Source: an uncultured delta proteobacterium
Lineage (GTDB): Bacteria; Desulfobacterota; Desulfobacteria; Desulfobacterales; JAHEIW01
Reading direction: 5' to 3'
Assembly (NCBI GenBank): GCA_963706575.1
Contig: CAVPNL010000009.1
Location: forward strand, 192,001-256,000
Length of the DNA stretch: 64,000 nt
Every line of letters begins with the position of its first letter. The first letter of the stretch is position 1. Shown piece by piece: positions 58,709 through 64,000 of the stretch. The position numbers and the translations under genes were made by a program. Under the pieces are notes generated by a model. It did no database searches, was not told the origin of the DNA, and was given only the letters and a program-made list of their open reading frames with translations.

Positions 58709-58908
58709 AAAAGTGCCTAAAGTGATCTAAAATGCTAAAGTAAACTAAAGCTTGGGCCTCACGCAAAGCCGCAAAATAACACGCGCGCAAAGACCCGGAG
58801 GTTTTTTTATTGTTTAAACTAAAATTCTTTGCGGCTTAGCGGCTTTGCGTGAACAAGAAATTAAAATAGACAGAATTCCACAACTTTAGTCACTTTAGAT
58901 CACTTTAA
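58709..58908. repeat. CTAAAGTG-family palindrome with a nested CGCAAAG-family palindrome (58759-58852)
   Basis: Outer arms as in the other copies; inner tcacgcaaagccgcaaa / tttgcggcttagcggctttgcgtga. Confidence 0.85.
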
Positions 58909-58935
58909 ATCCCGCCCCAGGCGGGACTCACTTAT

Positions 58936-60321
58936 TTAGGGAAATATCTTCCCCGGATTCAGAATGCCGTTGGGATCAAACAATGTCTTCACGCGTTTCA
59001 TCCACTCCAGGCTGTTCCCATGTTCGGCCAACATGTATTTACGCTTTCCCAGGCCGACGCCGTGCTCGCCGGTGGCGGTCCCTCCCAGATCCAGGGTTTT
59101 GTAAACCAGGCGCTCCGAGATTTGGTGGATCAGATCCCATTGCTCGCGGTTGTTCTTTTGGCCGGCAATGTTTAAATGCACGTTGCCATTTCCGGCATGG
59201 CTGATGGTGTAACAGGTTAAATCGGTTGCGCCAAGTTCTTCACGGCTGGCGGCAATCAACTCCGGATAGGCGGTAATAGGAACGGCGACATCCATCACCA
59301 GAATACCGCAATCCGGGTGTTTGCGGATAATGATTTCACCCAGGGCATGCCGGGCTTTGAAGATACGATCGCGTTCCGATCGGCCCACGCCGGTTTCAAA
59401 CACCTGGCAGCCCTCACTTTTACAGATCTCCTCGGCCATCTCCAGAACCTCGGTCAACTGGCTGCTAGTGGTCCCGTGAAATTCCATGATAAGGGTCGGT
59501 GAGACCGTCAATTTTAAATTTTCCTCCGCGTTCATCAACTCGATGCACTCGGGGCCCAGCAGTTCGAGAGCCGCCGGATTGAGCCCGGAGCGCATGATCT
59601 CGAACACGACCTTGCTGGCAGCCTCTACCGAGGGGAAGGTGGCAACGGCCGCTGAAAATTCGACCGGCAACCCGACCAGGCGTACCGTGGCACCAACGAC
59701 AATTCCCAGGGTTCCCTCGGAGCCGACAAAAAGACGGATGAGGTCATATCCCGATGATGTTTTGCTGGCCTGATTGCCGATCTCGATGATCTCACCATTG
59801 GCCAAAACCACCGACAGACGCAGAACATAATCTTTGGTGGAACCGTAATACACCGTGCGGGTCCCGCTGGCGTTATTGGCAATCATGCCGCCAAGTGTGG
59901 CGCGGGCGCCCGGGTCCGGCGGGAAGAATAATCCCGTGTGACGGAGCTTTTCATTCAGATCCTGGTAGATCACCCCCGGCTCCACATCGGCTTGAAACGC
60001 CTCCGGGCGAATATCAAGGATCCGGTTCATCTGTGCAAAATCCAGTACAATGCCGCCTTCAACCGGGATCGGATTGCCTTCCAGCGAAGACCCTGAACCC
60101 CAGCCGACAATCGGAATCCGGTTGTCGTTTGCATATTTTACGACCGCGGCCACCTCTTTCGCTGTCTGTGGCCATATCACCGCTTCGGGGCGAATGGCGG
60201 GATGCTGCGACTGATCTTTGGCGTGCAGATCGAGAACGGATTCGCCCGTGGACAGGCGGTCATCGGGCACAATGGTTTTAAGGTAGCTGATATGGGATGT
60301 CTCGATCGAATTGAATTTCAA
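58936..60321 (-). CDS. FAD-linked oxidase (D-lactate dehydrogenase/GlcD family)
   Basis: FPPDPG, GSEGTLG, HAGNGNVH, GEHGVG, NPGKIF. Confidence 0.92.
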   Translation of the reverse strand: MKFNSIETSHISYLKTIVPDDRLSTGESVLDLHAKDQSQHPAIRPEAVIWPQTAKEVAAVVKYANDNRIPIVGWGSGSSLEGNPIPVEGGIVLDFAQMNRILDIRPEAFQADVEPGVIYQDLNEKLRHTGLFFPPDPGARATLGGMIANNASGTRTVYYGSTKDYVLRLSVVLANGEIIEIGNQASKTSSGYDLIRLFVGSEGTLGIVVGATVRLVGLPVEFSAAVATFPSVEAASKVVFEIMRSGLNPAALELLGPECIELMNAEENLKLTVSPTLIMEFHGTTSSQLTEVLEMAEEICKSEGCQVFETGVGRSERDRIFKARHALGEIIIRKHPDCGILVMDVAVPITAYPELIAASREELGATDLTCYTISHAGNGNVHLNIAGQKNNREQWDLIHQISERLVYKTLDLGGTATGEHGVGLGKRKYMLAEHGNSLEWMKRVKTLFDPNGILNPGKIFP

Positions 60322-60335
60322 TTTAATACCCCCCT

Positions 60336-60515
60336 TCATGAAACTTTTTGCTGACATTCGGGCGCGACCGAAGCGGCCTCAAGGATCAATTCAACGGCCA
60401 ATTCCGATGCGGTTTGATAAACGTATTCACACTCACTGCAATGGAATCCCTTTTTCCTGTTTGCCAGCGCTTTTTTTCCGGCAGCTTCAATGATGTTGCG
60501 GGTTTCTGTGCTCAT
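60336..60515 (-). pseudogene. Internally deleted C_GCAxxG_C_C family redox protein remnant
   Basis: N-terminal GFHCSE joined directly to a C-terminal-like CEYVYQTASELAVELI; the GCGA core is missing. Confidence 0.55.
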
Positions 60516-60595
60516 CTTCAATCTCTTTTTGCCTGCCTTCAAATGAGGCGGAAACGACGTGGTTGCCGTAAGATGTGAAAACACTTGCCTCGAAA

Positions 60596-61222
60596 CTAAA
60601 ATGAGGGCGGCGTCAGAATCCAGATAACTTCAATGCTGTCTCCATCAATGGCCCGCCAGGAATGCGGCACATGAGCCGGATAATAGAGGGTATCTCCTTC
60701 TTCGAGTCGATACACCTCCTGACCGACGCGCAACTCCAGGATGCCTTTCATCACCATGCAAAGCTTTTCGCCGGGGGAGTCCAGCATCGGCTCTTCACCT
60801 GAATTTTCATCCTTGGTAACGCGCATATGCATGACTTCCAATTTACGCTTCATGTCGGGCGTCATGAGGTCGTAGACCACATTTGATCCGGGCAGGGCAA
60901 TGCGTTTGCGCTTTTCGGCACGAACGACGGCAACGTCTTTGATATACGAATTGTCGTTTAATACATACTCAGCCGGACGATTATTATACCCCCAGCTTTC
61001 ATCAGCACCCTGTCCGTTGGGGAATAAATTGACAACGCTGTAGCCGAACTGGGCGGCAATTTTTTTGAGCGAAGTGATCGAAGGCTCGGCATTTCCGCGC
61101 TCAATTTGGCTCAGAAAGCTTTTTGAAAGACCTGTTTTTTCAGAAAACTGCTCCAGGGTCCACTGGCGCTGCTGTCTTTCTTTCCGGATTTGTTTTCCGA
61201 GCTCAAGCAGGGTATCTGGCAT
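60596..61222 (-). CDS. XRE-family HTH + cupin regulator (PuuR-like)
   Basis: SKSFLSQIERG..EPSITSL; C-terminal cupin VPHSW. Confidence 0.9.
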   Translation of the reverse strand: MPDTLLELGKQIRKERQQRQWTLEQFSEKTGLSKSFLSQIERGNAEPSITSLKKIAAQFGYSVVNLFPNGQGADESWGYNNRPAEYVLNDNSYIKDVAVVRAEKRKRIALPGSNVVYDLMTPDMKRKLEVMHMRVTKDENSGEEPMLDSPGEKLCMVMKGILELRVGQEVYRLEEGDTLYYPAHVPHSWRAIDGDSIEVIWILTPPSF

Positions 61223-61692
61223 GAAAAAACCTCCGATTTTCATGAGATGAAAAATTGCGCTAAACATAAAAAACATAAATCCACGATTTCGTCAAGCGCC
61301 ACTTTTTATTTCTTGATCGAAGCGCTAATGATGGGGATGTTTTATTAATACAATAATTACAATATTTTAAATTGTTTCTGCAAACAAATATTGTTTTTTA
61401 CTTCTTTTAAACATCCACCTGGCAGCAAGGGGTTTGGTTTGCCGACCGGCTCAATCAAATCCTTTCTGAGAAAACTATTTTTCTTGACATCGAATTTTCT
61501 CATTGTTAATTGCATCAGATAGCATCCTGTGGTTTCCAATTTCGCCTACGGGATCATTTGCAATTGACACCGAGTCCATTGTCCAATATCCAACACCGCC
61601 AATCCGTGCTCCAAGCACAGGGGTATTTTCATAACAGCAGTCATTTTTTACTTGAACCATCAAACCCAACCCATTTTGATAAGGAGGATGCC

Positions 61693-62961
61693 ATGGGATA
61701 CGATCTGGATACCTATTTTATTGAAAAACCGCATGAGACCAGTCCCCGTCGTCTTTACAGCCAGACCGGTGCCGATTGGCAATACCGCGTGGATTTCGAC
61801 CGGCTGCGCAGCGACCGCCTGCAGCGCACCCGGGAGCAAATGGATGCCATGGACCTGGGCGCTCTGGTCCTTTATGCCGGGGCCAATATCCGTTATGTGA
61901 CCGGTTCTTATCAGGGCAACTGGAAGTACAATATCAACATTCGCTATGTGGTTTTGACCAATGGCGGTGAGCCCATTTTATTTGAAACCGCCGGATCCGA
62001 TATGCATTGCGCCCGCATCGATTTGCCCTGGATGGCGGACCGTGTTCGCCCGGCGATTACCTGGCAGTGGGCCGAAGGCGCCGTTCCTCACATGGCCGCC
62101 AGAATGGTCGACAGCGTTGTTGAGGTCCTCAAGGAGGCCGGGGTCGAAAAAGAAAAAATCGGGATCGACAATCTGGATATGCCGTCGCTGCAGGCCTATC
62201 AGGAACGCAAGATCAATATCGTCAACGGCTGGCCGGCCCTGTCGAAGGCCCGCACCATAAAAACCCGTGATGAAATCGAATTGCTCAAACAGGCCTCTTC
62301 GATCGGCGATGCCGCCATGTGGAAGATTAAATACGAATGGCTCAAACCGGGTGTGCGCGAGCGTGAGATCGAGGCCAAGGTGCATGAGTTTATGCTCGAG
62401 CGCGGGGCCGAAATCATCTATGATATTATTGTGGCATCCGGCGGCAACACCAGTCCCTATCGACGCTGGGCCACCGACAAGATGATCCGCCAGGGGGACC
62501 TGGTGATCGTTGATATCAATGCCGTGGGACCCTCCGGTTATTTTGTGGATTTTGTGCGCTGCTTTAAATGTGCCAGCAAGATGAACCAGCAGGAGATCGA
62601 CCTTTACCGTGAAGTTTACGATTCGATGTATGCCGGCATTGCGCAGCTGAAACCGGGCAACACCACCGCCGATGTGGCCGCCGCCTTTCCGAAATACGAT
62701 GATGATAAATACGGCACGGTCACCCTGCAGCAGTTTGCCCACAGCATCGGGATTACCCTTTACGAGGGCATGTGGATCTCGCGCGCCTATTCACTGGATC
62801 ATCCGGCCGAAATCAAAGAGAACATGTATTTTGCCGCTGAAACCTTTGCCGGCCATCCCGGCCTGCCGCAGACGACGCGCCTGGAAGAAAATGTGCTGGT
62901 TTCTGCCGATGGGCCGGTGGTTTTTACCCTGATGGAGCATATGGAAGAGGCAATGGGATAA
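61693..62961 (+). CDS. M24 (Xaa-Pro peptidase/creatinase-fold) enzyme
   Basis: NIRYVTG, IKTRDEI, metal ligands D, D, H, E, E (VDIN, VDFV, AHSIG, AETF, LEEN); AAGGAGG RBS. Confidence 0.88.
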   Translation: MGYDLDTYFIEKPHETSPRRLYSQTGADWQYRVDFDRLRSDRLQRTREQMDAMDLGALVLYAGANIRYVTGSYQGNWKYNINIRYVVLTNGGEPILFETAGSDMHCARIDLPWMADRVRPAITWQWAEGAVPHMAARMVDSVVEVLKEAGVEKEKIGIDNLDMPSLQAYQERKINIVNGWPALSKARTIKTRDEIELLKQASSIGDAAMWKIKYEWLKPGVREREIEAKVHEFMLERGAEIIYDIIVASGGNTSPYRRWATDKMIRQGDLVIVDINAVGPSGYFVDFVRCFKCASKMNQQEIDLYREVYDSMYAGIAQLKPGNTTADVAAAFPKYDDDKYGTVTLQQFAHSIGITLYEGMWISRAYSLDHPAEIKENMYFAAETFAGHPGLPQTTRLEENVLVSADGPVVFTLMEHMEEAMG

Positions 62962-62974
62962 TTAAGGATATCTT

Positions 62975-63749
62975 ATGAACAGAGATTGGAGCAGTTTTGG
63001 CCTCGAGGATCAAATTGCCATTGTTACCGGCGCTTCCCAGGGGATCGGACGGACACTGGCCATTGCGCTGGCGCAGGCCGGCGCAGATGTCGCCCTGGTC
63101 AGCCGCACCCGATCCGACCTGGAGGCGGTTGCCAAAGAAATCGAAGCCGCCGGCCGCAACGCATTGGTGATTGCCCGCCGATATTCAAGATGTGTCCCAG
63201 ATTCGAAAGACAGTTGATGCGGTTCACACGACCTTTGGCAGAATTGATATTTTGATTAACAATGCGGCCTGGACCGCAACGGTAGAAGCACTGGAGGCCA
63301 CCGAAGAAGAATGGGACCAGACCCTGGATACCAGCTTAAAGGCCATTTTTTTTGCCAGCCAGGCGGTGGCCAAAATTATGATTCAACAGGGTCGCGGCAA
63401 GATCGTCAACATCGGATCAACCCTGGGCCGGACCGCCTTTGCCAAACGCTCGGTTTATGGTGCGGCCAAGGCCGGCGTTCACCAGCTGACCCGTGTGCTG
63501 GCCCTGGAGTGGTCTGCCAAAGGCATAAGCGTCAACGCCGTTGCCCCCTGTATTACGGAAACGCCGACCCGTCGGGAATTGTTTGAACGTCCGGGTTACA
63601 AGGAATGGGCCACCGGACAAATGCTTCCGATCGGACGCTGGGCCCAGCCCGAAGACCTCATCGGTGCTACTTTATTTTTGTGCAGTTCTTTATCCGACAT
63701 GGTCGTCGGCCATGTTTTAATGGTGGACGGCGGGTGGACCATCCATTAG
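62975..63749 (+). pseudogene. SDR oxidoreductase (KduD/FabG-like), split by a frameshift near 63171
   Basis: TGASQGIG in the first frame; NNA, YGAAK, VDGG in the second. Confidence 0.85.
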
Positions 63750-63892
63750 AACCCATCTCAAAAATGTCTTTTGGCCCAATATCTTTGTTGGTGCCTCGTT
63801 TCTAATCCTCGACATACCACGGTATGCCTGCGGTTAGAAACTCGGCCCCGCCGCGATCTTGAACCAAAATCCTATTTTTGAGAAGGGTTCTA
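63747..63892. mobile_element. MITE-like element, same TIR family, copy B
   Basis: tagaacccatctcaaaaat ... atttttgagaagggttcta; begins on the SDR TAG stop. Confidence 0.8.
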
Positions 63893-63926
63893 GTTTATAA
63901 GCAGAAATGATTCGGGGGAGATCATC

Positions 63927-64000
63927 ATGCCGCAAAAGTATCGATACATCAAAAAGCCGTCCTGGCTGGGAGACGAAGGGCCCCTTTATGAGCATGAGGG
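63927..64000 (+). CDS. Partial CDS running off the window
   Basis: GGGGAG RBS then MPQKYRYIKKPSWLGDEGPLYEHE. Confidence 0.55.
   Translation, partial: MPQKYRYIKKPSWLGDEGPLYEHE

Noticed and set aside
61510..61692. N-terminal extensions in the ORF track (also 7387, 15490, 29190, 3791, 40261, 61276)
   Set aside because: They run through promoters or repeat elements; downstream starts have better RBSs and match family N-termini.

Overview
64 kb of bacterial chromosome, probably from a Desulfobacterota (Desulfobacterales-like) anaerobe; the taxonomy is inferred from gene content only. About 55 genes are present. They include a dppABCDF peptide ABC transporter plus an orphan dppA paralog, lrp-dapL-lysA, polX, an exported-type pncA, and a lipoprotein caspase-DUF4384-CHASE2 adenylate cyclase operon. 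A ~15 kb catabolic region holds an IolN-like hydrolase, dehydrogenases, a DRE-TIM lyase and an M24 enzyme. I saw no rRNA, tRNA, CRISPR array, integrase or transposase. The main signals lie outside the ORF track. (1) Many intergenic gaps carry small palindromic elements built from 7-10 bp degenerate tandem repeats followed by their reverse complement. They form several families, nest in each other and overlap stop codons, and one ~165 bp composite pair brackets lrp-dapL in inverted orientation. (2) A DsrE-family selenoprotein (UxxC, with a SECIS-like hairpin) is truncated by the ORF track. (3) A standalone sRNA candidate has two anti-Shine-Dalgarno motifs. (4) A MITE family has TAGAACCYATCTCAAAAAT ends. 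Several single-base frameshifts look like assembly errors. All protein calls come from motif recognition by eye, not database searches.
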